Source of the DNA: Candidatus Limnocylindrales bacterium
GTDB lineage: Bacteria; Moduliflexota; Moduliflexia; Moduliflexales; JAUQPW01
Assembly (NCBI GenBank): GCA_035559535.1
Contig: DATMBG010000020.1
Span: 1 to 46,171 of the forward strand
Direction of reading: 5' to 3'
Length of the DNA: 46,171 nucleotides
Shown in pieces: positions 29,922-41,325 of the stretch; the stretch's first letter is position 1; every line of letters starts with the position of its first letter. The notes below the pieces were generated by a model. It had not been told where the DNA came from and ran no database searches. It saw only the letters and a list, made by a program, of their open reading frames with translations. The position numbers and the translations under genes are program-made.

Positions 29922-30710
29922 ATGGAACTCAATCAAAAAATTATTTTGATTACCGGGGCTTCTTCTGGAATAGGAAAAGATACGGCCATTGCAATGGCCG
30001 AGCGGGGAGCTCGGGTGATTCTTTGCGCACGTTCCGAAGATAAGCTTCAGCAGGTAGCAGCAACTATCCAACAGAAGGGAGGTTTTGCTCTACCTGTTCC
30101 CTTAGACGTAACCCGGCGTGCGGTTGTGGAAGATGCCGTTAATACGGTCCTGACCCGGTTGGGTCGTATAGACATCCTGGTGAATAATGCCGGAATCGGT
30201 TACTTTGGAACCCTGGTAGATATGCCTCTGGAGGCTATGGAAAAGGTCATGGCCGTAAATTTTTGGGGGGTTATCCACTGTACCCAGGCGGTCCTTCCTG
30301 CCATGATCCGGCAGAAATCCGGGCAGATCATCAATGTAGCCTCCGTGGCCGGAAAACGCGGAATCCCCGGCCTGGCAGTCTACTGCGCCAGTAAATTTGC
30401 CCTGGTAGGCTTGACCGAATCCCTCCGCGCTGAAGTAGCCGATTATGGAATTCAGGTTATTTTGATCTGCCCCACCTCTACCGATACCCCTTTTTTTGAA
30501 AACTCGGGTACCGACGGTAAAATACCCAATAAATCCAGAGGCCTCGGTATGATGAGCTCAAAAGCCGTCGCCGAAGCTATTGTAGAAGCCTCCATCAAAG
30601 GCAAGCGGGAAGTAGTTCTTTCAACCTCCGCTAAAGCCCTGTTAGCTATGAATACCCTTTTTCCAGGCCTGGTGGACTGGGGAATGCGAAAAGTACTTCA
30701 ACGCCGATGA
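29922..30710 (+). CDS. Short-chain dehydrogenase/reductase
   Basis: TGASSGIG, NNAG, YCASK. Confidence 0.95.
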   Translation: MELNQKIILITGASSGIGKDTAIAMAERGARVILCARSEDKLQQVAATIQQKGGFALPVPLDVTRRAVVEDAVNTVLTRLGRIDILVNNAGIGYFGTLVDMPLEAMEKVMAVNFWGVIHCTQAVLPAMIRQKSGQIINVASVAGKRGIPGLAVYCASKFALVGLTESLRAEVADYGIQVILICPTSTDTPFFENSGTDGKIPNKSRGLGMMSSKAVAEAIVEASIKGKREVVLSTSAKALLAMNTLFPGLVDWGMRKVLQRR

Positions 30711-30712
30711 AA

Positions 30713-30860
30713 GAAGTGTGGGGGTATGGGGGTATGGAAGTGTGGGAGTGAGAAAAGTGTGGGGGTGTGGGAGTGAGAACTCCCACACTTCCATACCCCC
30801 ACACTCCCATACTCCCATACTCCCATACCCCACACTCCCATACTCCCATACCCCCACACC
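30713..30860. repeat. Inverted array of 8-bp tandem repeats
   Basis: About 8 units GG(G/A)(A/G)GT(G/A)T followed by about 10 complementary ACTCCCAT-like units, between convergent genes. Confidence 0.85.
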
Positions 30861-30868
30861 TCTCCTGC

Positions 30869-31816
30869 TTACTTGGCTCCCACAAACTCCCTCAAGATAT
30901 TGGTGACCAGGAATTGCACATTGGCAGGTCTTTCACCCAGTCTTCTCATGAAATAGGGAAACCATTCTTTGCCGAAGGGAATGTAAATACGAAGATTATA
31001 CCCTTCTTTTATCAGTTTTTCTTGGAGATCACGCCGAATTCCGTAAAGCATCTGAAATTCAAATCGGTCAGGAGAAATTCGATTCGCCTTTGTAAATTCT
31101 TTGGCTATCTGAATAATGGCTTCATCGTGGGTTGCAATGGCCGGATAATTTCCCTCAGTTAAGAGCATCTTCATTAAGTGCACGTAGTTCTTGTCTACCT
31201 CCCGCTTATCTTGAAAAGCAATATGACCCGGCTCGCTATAAGCTCCTTTACAGAGTCGGACCCTGGCTTTTAGGGCAATGAGATCTTTAATATCTTTTTC
31301 ACTTCGGTACAGATAGGCCTGAATAACAACTCCTACGTTGGTATACCCTTTCTCTCTGAGCAATCGGTACATATCCAAGGTGCGTTGGGTATAGGCAGAA
31401 CTTTCCATATCGATCCTTACAAAGTTTTGATAAGCCCGGGCCTTATCCAGAATAGCCGTTAAATTATCCCAACATAACTTCCAATCAATATCTAATCCCA
31501 TCTGAGTTAACTTCAGAGAGATATTGGAGTTGACTTTCACCTCGTCAATTTTTTCCAGAATCTGGATATAACGCATGGCCGCCTGTCTGGCTTCGACTTC
31601 CTGTGTAACATTTTCTCCCAGAGCATCTAATGTTGCCAGGAATCCCTTTTGGTTCAGATCCCGTACCACCTGGAGGGCTTCTTCCAGAGTTTCTCCTGCA
31701 ATAAAACGTCGGGCAAATCCAGACTGCGGAGTCATCCCATAGCTGGTAATTATCTGACGGACTGTTTCATTACCGGCCAGGTAATGTAAAAACTTTCGAG
31801 ATAATCCTGACATCAT
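30869..31816 (-). CDS. Monofunctional proline dehydrogenase
   Basis: RFIAGET, SLKLTQMG, RIDME, QAYL, RLCKGAY, ATHD, YFMRRLGERPAN. Confidence 0.95.
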   Translation of the reverse strand: MMSGLSRKFLHYLAGNETVRQIITSYGMTPQSGFARRFIAGETLEEALQVVRDLNQKGFLATLDALGENVTQEVEARQAAMRYIQILEKIDEVKVNSNISLKLTQMGLDIDWKLCWDNLTAILDKARAYQNFVRIDMESSAYTQRTLDMYRLLREKGYTNVGVVIQAYLYRSEKDIKDLIALKARVRLCKGAYSEPGHIAFQDKREVDKNYVHLMKMLLTEGNYPAIATHDEAIIQIAKEFTKANRISPDRFEFQMLYGIRRDLQEKLIKEGYNLRIYIPFGKEWFPYFMRRLGERPANVQFLVTNILREFVGAK

Positions 31817-32152
31817 AAAATCCTTCGACCTCCTTACCCTTAATCTAGCATATCTTATGCCAGCTAACCAAAATTTCCTTCCATGTACAAAGTAACAAGG
31901 CCTCTATTATGCAGTTGATCTTCCCCCAAAAAGCCGTTTATTTTATGATATAGACAGAAGCCGGCGGTATATTTTTCATCTGAAAAAATCCTGTTTGCCT
32001 CATTCTTAAGCTCTATCTGTAAGGGTTGACTTAAAAATGGATCCGCGGCTTCGTGGTACCATAAACCCTTTGAGTTGTTACTGGTTAAAGAACCATCGTC
32101 CTCTTGCAAGGGCGACAAAGTTCTTTCCCACAGGTAACAGGACGTCAAGGTT

Positions 32153-33493
32153 ATGAAAACTATCTCTTACCCTCCAGGTCCCAAACCTAAATTTCCAGGT
32201 AATCTCCTGTTGGCTTTTCGTCGTGATCCGACAGGGTTTCTGTTAGAAGCAGCCCGTAAATACGGGGATATTGTTTACTTTAAAATGGGACCTCAACCTG
32301 TTTTTTTATTGAATCATCCGGATTATATCAAAGATGTACTGGTTACCCACAATCGGAATTTTGCCAAAAGTCCCAGGCTCGCATTAGCCAAGAACCTGTT
32401 AGGAGAGGGTCTTTTAACCAGTGAAGGTGAGTTTCATCGTCGTCAGCGGCGACTTGCCCAACCAGCCTTTCATCGCCAGCGAATCGCAACCTATGCCAGG
32501 ATTATGACCGATTACGGGGTGCGGATGCGGGAGCGCTGGCAGGATGGAATGACCCTGGACATAGCCCAGGAGATGATGGACCTGACCATGACCATTGTAG
32601 CAAAGGCCTTGTTTAATGCCGATGTTAAGTCTGAAGCCCAAGAGATCCGGGAGTCCTTGACGATTGCTATTGAATTGTTCAGTCGGGTTACCCTCCCCTT
32701 TGTGGAGTTGATCAACAAGCTTCCTCTCCCCAGCAATCGTCGTTTCTACAAAGCACGGGAATGCCTGGATAGGGTTATCTACGGAATTATCCGTGAGCGT
32801 CGGGCCCATGGAGGGGATCAGGGGGACCTCCTCTCCATGCTACTGCTGGCTCAAGATACGGAAGGGGACGGGGGAAGTATGACAGACTTGCAGTTGCGTG
32901 ATGAGCTTATGACACTTTTTTTAGCCGGTCATGAAACAACGGCCAATGCATTGACCTGGACCTGGTATTTACTTTCCCAGCATCCCTCTGTAGAGGCAAA
33001 GTTCCATGCCGAACTCGATACCGTTTTAGCAGGGCGGCCCCCCACCGTCGAGGACCTTCCCCGGTTGAAATATACCGAGATGATTTTCTCTGAATCCTTG
33101 CGTGTTTATCCCCCTGCCTGGGTGATCAGTCGTCTCGTTCTCAATGATTACGAGGTGGGCCCCTATGTCATTCCGGCTAACTCCATCATTCTCATGAGCC
33201 AATACGTCATGCATCACGATCCTCGTTATTTCCCCGACCCCTTTGTTTTTGACCCGGAACGATGGACCCCTGAAGCTCAAGCTGAAAGACCCAAGTTCTC
33301 CTATTTTCCTTTCGGAGCGGGACCTCGACAGTGCATTGGAGAATCCTTTGCCTGGATGGAAGGAATTATGCTCCTGGCTACCCTGGGCCAAAAATGGAAA
33401 ATGCGGCTTGTCCCGGGTCATCCCGTTGTACTTCAACCTTTGATTACGTTGCGATCCAGGTATGGGATGAAAATGACGCTGGAGCAACGCTGA
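32153..33493 (+). CDS. Cytochrome P450
   Basis: AGHETT I-helix, [18 protein letters not shown]. Confidence 0.97.
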   Translation: MKTISYPPGPKPKFPGNLLLAFRRDPTGFLLEAARKYGDIVYFKMGPQPVFLLNHPDYIKDVLVTHNRNFAKSPRLALAKNLLGEGLLTSEGEFHRRQRRLAQPAFHRQRIATYARIMTDYGVRMRERWQDGMTLDIAQEMMDLTMTIVAKALFNADVKSEAQEIRESLTIAIELFSRVTLPFVELINKLPLPSNRRFYKARECLDRVIYGIIRERRAHGGDQGDLLSMLLLAQDTEGDGGSMTDLQLRDELMTLFLAGHETTANALTWTWYLLSQHPSVEAKFHAELDTVLAGRPPTVEDLPRLKYTEMIFSESLRVYPPAWVISRLVLNDYEVGPYVIPANSIILMSQYVMHHDPRYFPDPFVFDPERWTPEAQAERPKFSYFPFGAGPRQCIGESFAWMEGIMLLATLGQKWKMRLVPGHPVVLQPLITLRSRYGMKMTLEQR

Positions 33494-33841
33494 TCTCACC
33501 CACGCCAGGCCGTTATAAAGATATCAGGAGAGGAGAGCCCACGGACAAGGATCTATTGTCTTCCTAACCAGGTCCCAACCGACGCCTGTCGTAACAAGAG
33601 GTTTTCCGGACGTTTAGTCTGCATCCTTGACCTCCAGGCCACCCTAAAACCTGAAGAGCCTAAAGTGATTTTCACGTGAAATTAGTTGACAAGACATAAG
33701 GAAGTGAATAAGAGACTTAGAAAGGGTCCCGAGGACCAAAGAACCTCACCGTTTTGGTTTTATGCAGGCGAAACGTCTGTGTTTTATACCCTTTACAGTT
33801 AAAATTAAAACTATTTTCCTATCAAATAAAAGGAGAGATCA

Positions 33842-35029
33842 ATGAAAATTACAGATGTTGTAACCATTCCCCTGAACTATCCTTTACCGACAACCCTTTA
33901 TGATGCCAATTATGCCATGCCTACAAAACCTGCGCTGTTGGTAGAGGTACGAACCGACGAAGGGGTAACCGGAATCGGTGAAGCGGCCCATTTTGGAGGG
34001 CCTCTTATTTCTACGAAAGTTGTGATTGAAGAGGAGCTTAAGTATCACATTCTCGGGGAAGATCCGCTCCAGGTAGAATATCTGTGGGAGAAGATGCATC
34101 AGCGATCGTATAAGCATGCTCGAGGGGGTCTTCTTATTGCCGCCATGAGTGGAATCGATATTGCGTTGTGGGACATCAAAGGGAAAGTTGCAGGACTTCC
34201 CGTTTACAAGCTCCTGGGTGGCTATAACAACATAGTTCCGGCCTATGCAACAGGGGGGTTTTATGCCGAGGGGAAAGGAATTAAGGAGCTGGTTCAGGAA
34301 GTTGAGGGCTATGTAAAGCACGGATTTAAGGCAGTCAAAATGAAGGTAGGTCGAAATTCGAGCCTAAAAGTCGGATTTAATCCCTTGCGGGTCATGCCTG
34401 CACGGGGAGTCGCTGAGGTTACCCTGGAAGAAGACCTGGAGCGTGTCCGGGCCGTTCGGGAGGCGATCGGAAAGGATACCCTGCTGATGATTGATGCGAA
34501 TGGGGCCTGGGATGTCCCAACGGCCATTCAAATGGGGCGTAAATTGGAACCTTATAATTTATACTGGTTTGAAGAACCGGTTTCCCCGGATGACATCCAG
34601 GGAAGTGCAAAGGTGGCTTCTGCGTTGGATATAGCCATAGCCGGATATGAAACTTGTAGCTATGGACGTTTCAGTTTTAAAGATTACATTACCTCCGGAG
34701 CTGTTCACTTTGTCCAGCCCGATATAGCCTGGTCTGGAGGGCTCACCGAATGTATGAAAATCGCTCACCTGGCCAGTGCCTGGAATCTCCCTGTAGCCCC
34801 TCATATCCACGGAGCGGCCGTGGTCGTGGCAGCGTCCCTCCACTATCTTGCAGCAATTCCCAATGCCACCATTGCCGAAATGGTCTTTCCGGCCCATCCT
34901 TTGATGGGAGACCTCGTGGATCATGCTCTAGATGTAAACAGAGAAGGTCATGTGGTACTATCTGACAAACCGGGCCTGGGAATAGAATTAAATCCAAAAG
35001 TTGTTGAAAAGTATCGGGTAGATAAATAA
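33842..35029 (+). CDS. Mandelate racemase / muconate lactonizing enzyme family protein
   Basis: SGIDIALWDIKGK, KMK, DAN, WFEEP, AGYE, QPD, APH; SD AGGAG. Confidence 0.93.
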   Translation: MKITDVVTIPLNYPLPTTLYDANYAMPTKPALLVEVRTDEGVTGIGEAAHFGGPLISTKVVIEEELKYHILGEDPLQVEYLWEKMHQRSYKHARGGLLIAAMSGIDIALWDIKGKVAGLPVYKLLGGYNNIVPAYATGGFYAEGKGIKELVQEVEGYVKHGFKAVKMKVGRNSSLKVGFNPLRVMPARGVAEVTLEEDLERVRAVREAIGKDTLLMIDANGAWDVPTAIQMGRKLEPYNLYWFEEPVSPDDIQGSAKVASALDIAIAGYETCSYGRFSFKDYITSGAVHFVQPDIAWSGGLTECMKIAHLASAWNLPVAPHIHGAAVVVAASLHYLAAIPNATIAEMVFPAHPLMGDLVDHALDVNREGHVVLSDKPGLGIELNPKVVEKYRVDK

Positions 35030-35074
35030 AACCAACCTGAATAGGGAAGTGCGGGAATTTCCCCACTTTCCTCC

Positions 35075-37177
35075 CTAGTTTTTATCCAAAATCAATCGAC
35101 GTCCTTCCCGAAGGAGCTGGGTAAACACTGCCACAGATAAAGGCTTGCTAAAAAAATAACCCTGGATCTCATCACAGTGATGGGCTCGCAAGAAGGCCAA
35201 TTGCTCTTCTGTTTCCACACCTTCGGCTATTACCCTTAGTTTCAGGCTGTGGGCAATATCAATAATCAACCTGGCGATGATGGCCCCGTCGGGATCTGTA
35301 GTAATATCCCGCACGAAGGACTGATCAATTTTCAAGGTATCCAATGAAAACCGTCTTAAATAGCTAAGCGAAGAATAGCCGGTACCAAAATCATCGATGG
35401 AGAGCTGAATTCCCATGGTTTTTAATTCCCGCAACTTCGTAAGAGTTGCTTCGGCATTTTCCATGATGGTACTCTCCGTCAGCTCCAGTTCCAAATAACG
35501 GGGATCAAGATCCGTTTCTTCTAATATCCGGGCTATGTTTTCGACTAAATTTTTTTGCTTAAAAAGACGAGCTGAGAGGTTAACGGCAACACGTACAGGT
35601 CGGAGATCCGCTTTTTGCCACGTCTTGGCCTGGATACAGGTTGAACGCAAGACCCACTCCCCCAGAGGTACGATCAATCCTGTTTCTTCCGCCAATGGAA
35701 CAAACTTCATCGGAGAGATGAGCCCTTGCGTAGGATGCTGCCAGCGCACCAGAGCTTCTGCCCCAACGATCTGCCCTGTCTGGAGACTCAACTGGGGCTG
35801 GTAGTAGAGAATAAGCTCGTTTCTTTCCAATGCACGGCGTAAACTACTTTCCATGACCAACCGTTCCAGGGCTTTGGCATGGATGGTCGACGTATAAAGC
35901 TGGTAATTATTTTTACCCTGGAGCTTGGCGCGATGAAGTGCAGCATCTGCATTTTTGATTAAAACTTCTGCCGTTTCTCCATCGGATGGATAAAAGCTTA
36001 CACCCATGCTAACCGTAATACGAAATTCATGATTATCAAGATTGAAGGGAGGCTCGATAACTTTGAGGATTCTTTGGGAAATTTTTTCTAAGTTCTGCAC
36101 CTGACCGATTCCCGGAAGCAACAACAGAAACTCACCGTTCCCCAGGTGGGCCAAAGTGTCTCCTTCTCCCAGACAACGGGTAAGTCGTTGGGTAATTTCT
36201 CGTAAGAGCCGATCGCCAAGGACATACCCCAAGGTATCGTTGATGGTCTTGAATTGATTCAGATGCAGGGACATAACAGCTAATTCTTGCTGGGTACGAT
36301 GGGCATGGGCTAATGCCTGGGTCAGGCGATCATTGAATAGAGTCCGGTTAGGCAACCCGGTTAAAGCATCATAATAGGCTAGATGACGGATCGTTTCTTC
36401 ATCCAGCTTACGGTCGGTAATATCCCGGAGGGTAAGGACAACCCCTTTTATATTCGGGTCCTGGAGGAAATGGTTAAAGGTGGCTTCAAGAAAACGCCAC
36501 AAACCGTTTCGATGCCGACATCGTAACTCAATACCTGTAACCCTACCAGATTGTCCGGGTTCCTGCCTCAAAACAACTGAAAAGCGTGAAACATCCTCTG
36601 GATGGATATACTCAAGAAAGTTCTTTCCGACCAACTCTTCGGGTTTATAGCCAAGGATACGTTCAACGGAGGGACTTTTATACTTGACGATTCCATTGGC
36701 ATCCAGAATGGAAACTATATCCGATACGTACTCGATTAGGGTACGAAAGCGATTCTCGTTTTCACGAAGAGCCTGCTTTATCTTACGTTGTACATGACGC
36801 TCATGAACTACCCGCAACTCCCGTTCAATAGCGGGAACCAGCCTTGCCAGCTCACTCTTTTTAAGATAATCCCGGGCTCCGACTCTCATAACGGCTAAGG
36901 CCTGATCCTCATGGGTATCATCAGATACAACAATAAGAGGCAGATCAAGCTTCCTCTCCTTTAAAAGGGCTAAGGTGTTAGAAATATCCAATCCAGGTAA
37001 AAAACAATTGGCAATGACTACATCCCAGGTCGACTTACTTAGCGCAATATCCATGGCTTCTGGCGTATTTACCCACTCAAAATCAGGTTCATAACCTCCC
37101 CGTTGGAGCTCTTGGATCAATAAGGCCACGTCAATCTCAGAATCCTCAACCACTAATACCCGAAGTAATCTGTTCAT
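35075..37177 (-). CDS. REC-PAS-GGDEF(degenerate)-EAL c-di-GMP phosphodiesterase
   Basis: EALVRW, ELTE, DDFGTGYSS, AEGVE, QGY intact; GGDEF replaced by GNGEF. Confidence 0.92.
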   Translation of the reverse strand: MNRLLRVLVVEDSEIDVALLIQELQRGGYEPDFEWVNTPEAMDIALSKSTWDVVIANCFLPGLDISNTLALLKERKLDLPLIVVSDDTHEDQALAVMRVGARDYLKKSELARLVPAIERELRVVHERHVQRKIKQALRENENRFRTLIEYVSDIVSILDANGIVKYKSPSVERILGYKPEELVGKNFLEYIHPEDVSRFSVVLRQEPGQSGRVTGIELRCRHRNGLWRFLEATFNHFLQDPNIKGVVLTLRDITDRKLDEETIRHLAYYDALTGLPNRTLFNDRLTQALAHAHRTQQELAVMSLHLNQFKTINDTLGYVLGDRLLREITQRLTRCLGEGDTLAHLGNGEFLLLLPGIGQVQNLEKISQRILKVIEPPFNLDNHEFRITVSMGVSFYPSDGETAEVLIKNADAALHRAKLQGKNNYQLYTSTIHAKALERLVMESSLRRALERNELILYYQPQLSLQTGQIVGAEALVRWQHPTQGLISPMKFVPLAEETGLIVPLGEWVLRSTCIQAKTWQKADLRPVRVAVNLSARLFKQKNLVENIARILEETDLDPRYLELELTESTIMENAEATLTKLRELKTMGIQLSIDDFGTGYSSLSYLRRFSLDTLKIDQSFVRDITTDPDGAIIARLIIDIAHSLKLRVIAEGVETEEQLAFLRAHHCDEIQGYFFSKPLSVAVFTQLLREGRRLILDKN

Positions 37178-37215
37178 TTTTTAAACCTCAAAGTTATCTT
37201 ATAAAATCTCAACCC

Positions 37216-38604
37216 TTATACTTCCTTCCATTTCATCTTGACCTGGAGTCCGGACCTTTGTACCAGCCTTTTGGCAAGCTGGTCGACCTTTGAATAGATC
37301 TCCTCTTCCTTGATTCTTGTGAATTTTCCCCCTTCCAAAACTATTTCTCCGTCAATAAGCACGGTATCTACACTATGTCCACTTACCGAATAAATCAGGT
37401 TATTGATGGGGTGAAGAAGGGGCTGCCATTCGATATGACGGGTATCAAAAAGAACCAGGTCGGCCTTTTTTCCCACCTGGATAGAACCAACCTGATCTTG
37501 CATCAACAAGGCCCTGGCTCCATGAAGAGTGCCCATTTCCAGAGCGGTTTCGGCCGGAATCTGATTAACATCCATGCGACTATCTTTATAGAGGGTGGCC
37601 ACCAGGTACATCATGCGGCACATATTAAAATGGTTGGAACCATTACCACTATCTCCTCCCAGGGCCACACAAATACCTTTGTCCAGCATTTCGGGGAAAC
37701 GGCCGTGTCGGGTAATTCCCTTCATGTGGCGCAAGGCAGCCGTAGGACAATGAACTACACTCACCTGGTATTGTCGGAGGAGTTCCAGATCCCTCTCCTG
37801 GATATAAACCATATGAACGAGTTTAACATTTTTATCTAAAACTCCTAATTCTTCCAAATGAGAAACGGGAACGGTATCTTTGGTGCCCGAAGCCGGATCT
37901 GTGGCCAGATGCATCATGCTAAAGCCAACTCCATAGGAATCTGCCAGGCTTTTAGCCCCCTTTATCAATTCATCGGAGACGGTTCCGATTCCCAGAATAA
38001 TAGGCCAGGCTAAAATCCTGGCCTCACGGCCATTGGGATGATTCCGGTTACGATTAATTTGAGATAACAGAGCTTCATTTTGTCTCAAAGCTTCTTCTGT
38101 TGTCTGCCTCATTCGAGGGGGAGCCTGGGGTAAATCCCAGGTCCAGCGTCCCACAATCCCTCGGATCCCAATATCTTCCGCCGCTTGTACCACACTTCCT
38201 ACATCAAAAAGGGTTCCGGCCTCACAGAAGGTCGTGGTTCCAGTCCGGATCATCTCGATAAAGGCAAGCATGGCGGAGTAGTATTCCTCTTCGGGAGTTA
38301 AGATGGAATAAACCGGAAAAAGCCACTCCGGGAGCCAGGCATGAAGAGGGGCATCGTCTGGAACTAAGCCTCGGATAATATGCTCGGAGAGATGAACATG
38401 GGCATCGACAAATCCCGGAAGAATAACCTTTTCCCTGGCATCCAGGACCCGGTCCGCTTGAAATTTCCGCCGAATTTCCTCGGACTTTCCCACAGCCACT
38501 ATTCTATTACCCTCGATGGCAATACTTCCATTTGGAATAATCCGTCTTTCGGTATCCAACGTTACCAACAGGCCATTTTCAATGAGTAAAGTTTTAGCAG
38601 GCAT
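37216..38604 (-). CDS. Amidohydrolase (MTA/SAH-deaminase/AtzA-like)
   Basis: PGFVDAHVH, GTT, LVH, HCP, GGD, GKKADLV. Confidence 0.9.
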   Translation of the reverse strand: MPAKTLLIENGLLVTLDTERRIIPNGSIAIEGNRIVAVGKSEEIRRKFQADRVLDAREKVILPGFVDAHVHLSEHIIRGLVPDDAPLHAWLPEWLFPVYSILTPEEEYYSAMLAFIEMIRTGTTTFCEAGTLFDVGSVVQAAEDIGIRGIVGRWTWDLPQAPPRMRQTTEEALRQNEALLSQINRNRNHPNGREARILAWPIILGIGTVSDELIKGAKSLADSYGVGFSMMHLATDPASGTKDTVPVSHLEELGVLDKNVKLVHMVYIQERDLELLRQYQVSVVHCPTAALRHMKGITRHGRFPEMLDKGICVALGGDSGNGSNHFNMCRMMYLVATLYKDSRMDVNQIPAETALEMGTLHGARALLMQDQVGSIQVGKKADLVLFDTRHIEWQPLLHPINNLIYSVSGHSVDTVLIDGEIVLEGGKFTRIKEEEIYSKVDQLAKRLVQRSGLQVKMKWKEV

Positions 38605-38622
38605 GGAATCGGACTCCCGTTT

Positions 38623-39900
38623 TTATAATTTCTCAAAAGCCTCTGCAGCAGCGGCAAGAGTTTTCTCGATATCCTCCTCGGTATGGGCTGCCGAGACAAA
38701 ACCGGCTTCGAATTGTGAAGGGGCAAAATAAATGCCACGTTCCAACATCAATCCGAAATACCTGGCATATCTTTTCGTATCGGAAGTTTTAGCTGTCGCA
38801 TAATTGGTTACCGGAGTGTCCGTGAAAAAGAGGCACATCATCGAGCCGACCCGGGTGGTATAAACAGGAACTCCGGCCTTAGCTGCGCATTCTTGAAGAC
38901 CCTGGGCCAGTCGGGCAGATTTTTCTTCCAGATCCTTATAAAAACCGGGTTGAGAAATAATCTTAAGGGTTTCAATTCCGGCGGTCATGGCCAGGGGATT
39001 CCCGGAGAGGGTTCCTGCCTGATAAACCGGACCGAGGGGAGCTACTTTTTCCATGATTTCCCTTTTCCCTCCATATGCCCCAACCGGAAGTCCTCCTCCA
39101 ATAATCTTTCCCAAACAGGTCAGGTCTGCCTGGACTCCATAGAGCTCCTGGGCTCCCCCCCAGGCAACCCGAAATCCTGTAATGACTTCATCAAAAATCA
39201 GGACGATACCCTGTTCTAAAGTTAACTCTCGAAGACCTTCTAAAAATCCCTTAGCCGGTGGAATTACTCCTACATTTCCCGCAATAGGTTCTAAAATAAT
39301 GGCTGCGATCTCACCCCGATTGGCCTCGATGACCTGTTTGACCGCATCCAGATTGTTATAGGGAACGGTCAGGGTGTGTTTTGCATAGTCTGCCGGTACT
39401 CCCGGGCTATCCGGGATCCCTAAGGTTAAAACTCCTGACCCTGCCTTAACCAGTAACCCATCGGAATGACCGTGATAACAGGCCTCAAACTTGATAATTT
39501 TATCCCGACCTGTAAATCCTCGAGCCAGCCGAATGGCACTCATGGTCGCTTCGGTTCCAGAGTTAACCATACGAACCAGCTCCATGGAAGGAAACGCCTG
39601 GGTCACCATCCGGGCCAGAGTGACTTCCAGTTCTGTGGGAGCTCCATAACTGGTTCCCCGTTCACAGGCTTCCTTTAAAGCCGAAACGATCTGGGGATGA
39701 GCATGCCCTAAAATCATAGGCCCCCAGGATCCCACATAATCGATATATTCCTTACCGTCTACATCATAAATCTTGGAACCCTGAGCCCGCTGAATAAATC
39801 GAGGGGTTCCTCCAACGGCCTTAAAAGCCCTTACCGGACTGTTAACGCCTCCGGGAAGATATTTTTGGGCCTCTGCAAATAATATTTCAGATTTGGTCAT
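38623..39900 (-). CDS. hemL: Glutamate-1-semialdehyde 2,1-aminomutase
   Basis: [48 protein letters not shown]. Confidence 0.97.
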   Translation of the reverse strand: MTKSEILFAEAQKYLPGGVNSPVRAFKAVGGTPRFIQRAQGSKIYDVDGKEYIDYVGSWGPMILGHAHPQIVSALKEACERGTSYGAPTELEVTLARMVTQAFPSMELVRMVNSGTEATMSAIRLARGFTGRDKIIKFEACYHGHSDGLLVKAGSGVLTLGIPDSPGVPADYAKHTLTVPYNNLDAVKQVIEANRGEIAAIILEPIAGNVGVIPPAKGFLEGLRELTLEQGIVLIFDEVITGFRVAWGGAQELYGVQADLTCLGKIIGGGLPVGAYGGKREIMEKVAPLGPVYQAGTLSGNPLAMTAGIETLKIISQPGFYKDLEEKSARLAQGLQECAAKAGVPVYTTRVGSMMCLFFTDTPVTNYATAKTSDTKRYARYFGLMLERGIYFAPSQFEAGFVSAAHTEEDIEKTLAAAAEAFEKL

Positions 39901-40031
39901 CGGCTCATGGTCCGTTGTCCGTCCTCTATTGTCCATAAATGGTTCATAACATTTAATCATTATAAAGAGACGGTTAAAGCCGGAATTAAGACTTTGTAAT
40001 GAACAATGGACAACGGTCAACGGATGAATTA

Positions 40032-41303
40032 TCACTCCTCAACCTCTAAATTAAACAACTTTTGAACTGCCTGAATATAGACGGAACCTTCATCGGTGTA
40101 AGAGAGTTTTTTCAAAGCCACCAAAGGGTCGTGGAGAATTTTATTGGTAATGAGATTGACCATAATTTGGATTTTTTCCAGATCTTTTTGGGAAAGACTT
40201 TTCAGCTCCGGCAATCGTCGTTCCAGTTCCGTTCTGCTAATGGTCTCAATCTTTTTCCGTAAAGCTTTAATAGTCGGAACGGCGTCCTGGGCTTTGAGCC
40301 ATTTGGAAAATTGAAGAACTTCTTGCTGGATAATCTCTTCAGCCCGTTGAGCTTCTTTGGCCCGCTCTCGAATATTGGCTTCGACCACCGCCTGCAGGTC
40401 ATCGATGTCGTAGAGATAAACATTATCCAGTTGATTAATATCCGGGTCCAGATTTCGAGGTACCGCAATATCAATCAAGAACATGGGGCGATTCTTCCTC
40501 AATGAAAGAAGTGCTTTGATATCCTCGTACTTTAAAAGATAATGGGGAGATCCCGTAGAACTGATGACAATATCTATCGTGATCAGAGCTTCTGAGATCC
40601 GATCAAACGGAATAGCCGTTCCTTGAAAAGCCTTAGCCAGCTCAACTGCTCGCTCGTAGGTTCGATTGGTTACAAGAACCCTTTGAACCCCTTCTGAAAT
40701 GAGATGGCGTACAGCCAGCTCACCCATTTCACCGGCTCCGATGATCAAGACTTGCTTATCCTGGAGGCTTCCAAATATTTTTTTGGCTAATTCGACGGCA
40801 GCAAAGCTAACCGAAACGGCATTCCTGGAAATCCCGGTTTCTGTGCGAACGGCTTTAGCAACTTTGAAAGCCTTATGCATCAGGGTGTGTAAGAAAAAAC
40901 GGGTGGTATTACTTTCACAGGCTATTTTATAAGCTGCTTTCATTTGGCCTAGAATCTGAGGCTCTCCCAAGATCATGGAATCTAAACTGGAAGCAACCCG
41001 GAAAATGTGGGCCACCGCCTGATCTCCTTCATAAACATACAAATATTTTTCCAGAACAGACCTCTCTACCTGCTGATAGGTTGCAAGAAATTCTTTGACC
41101 GTTCTGATTCCTTCCTCTGTAGAAGAAACCACCGAATAAATCTCTACCCGGTTACAGGTGGAAATAATAAAATTTTCCAGAATTCCCTTGGCCTGATGCA
41201 ATTGGGTGAGCGGCTTTTCCAGCTCTTTATCAAAGAAGGCCAATTTCTCCCGAATCTCTACGGGAGCTGTTCGGTGATTAAGTCCTACAACGATGATATT
41301 CAT
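40032..41303 (-). CDS. hemA: Glutamyl-tRNA reductase
   Basis: [45 protein letters not shown]. Confidence 0.97.
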   Translation of the reverse strand: MNIIVVGLNHRTAPVEIREKLAFFDKELEKPLTQLHQAKGILENFIISTCNRVEIYSVVSSTEEGIRTVKEFLATYQQVERSVLEKYLYVYEGDQAVAHIFRVASSLDSMILGEPQILGQMKAAYKIACESNTTRFFLHTLMHKAFKVAKAVRTETGISRNAVSVSFAAVELAKKIFGSLQDKQVLIIGAGEMGELAVRHLISEGVQRVLVTNRTYERAVELAKAFQGTAIPFDRISEALITIDIVISSTGSPHYLLKYEDIKALLSLRKNRPMFLIDIAVPRNLDPDINQLDNVYLYDIDDLQAVVEANIRERAKEAQRAEEIIQQEVLQFSKWLKAQDAVPTIKALRKKIETISRTELERRLPELKSLSQKDLEKIQIMVNLITNKILHDPLVALKKLSYTDEGSVYIQAVQKLFNLEVEE

Positions 41304-41325
41304 GTTATATTTTACGTTTCAAGTT

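Noticed and set aside
30713-30860. CRISPR array, or the ORFs tracked across this region
   Set aside because: 8-bp units without spacers, no cas genes; the ORFs are low-complexity translations of the repeat
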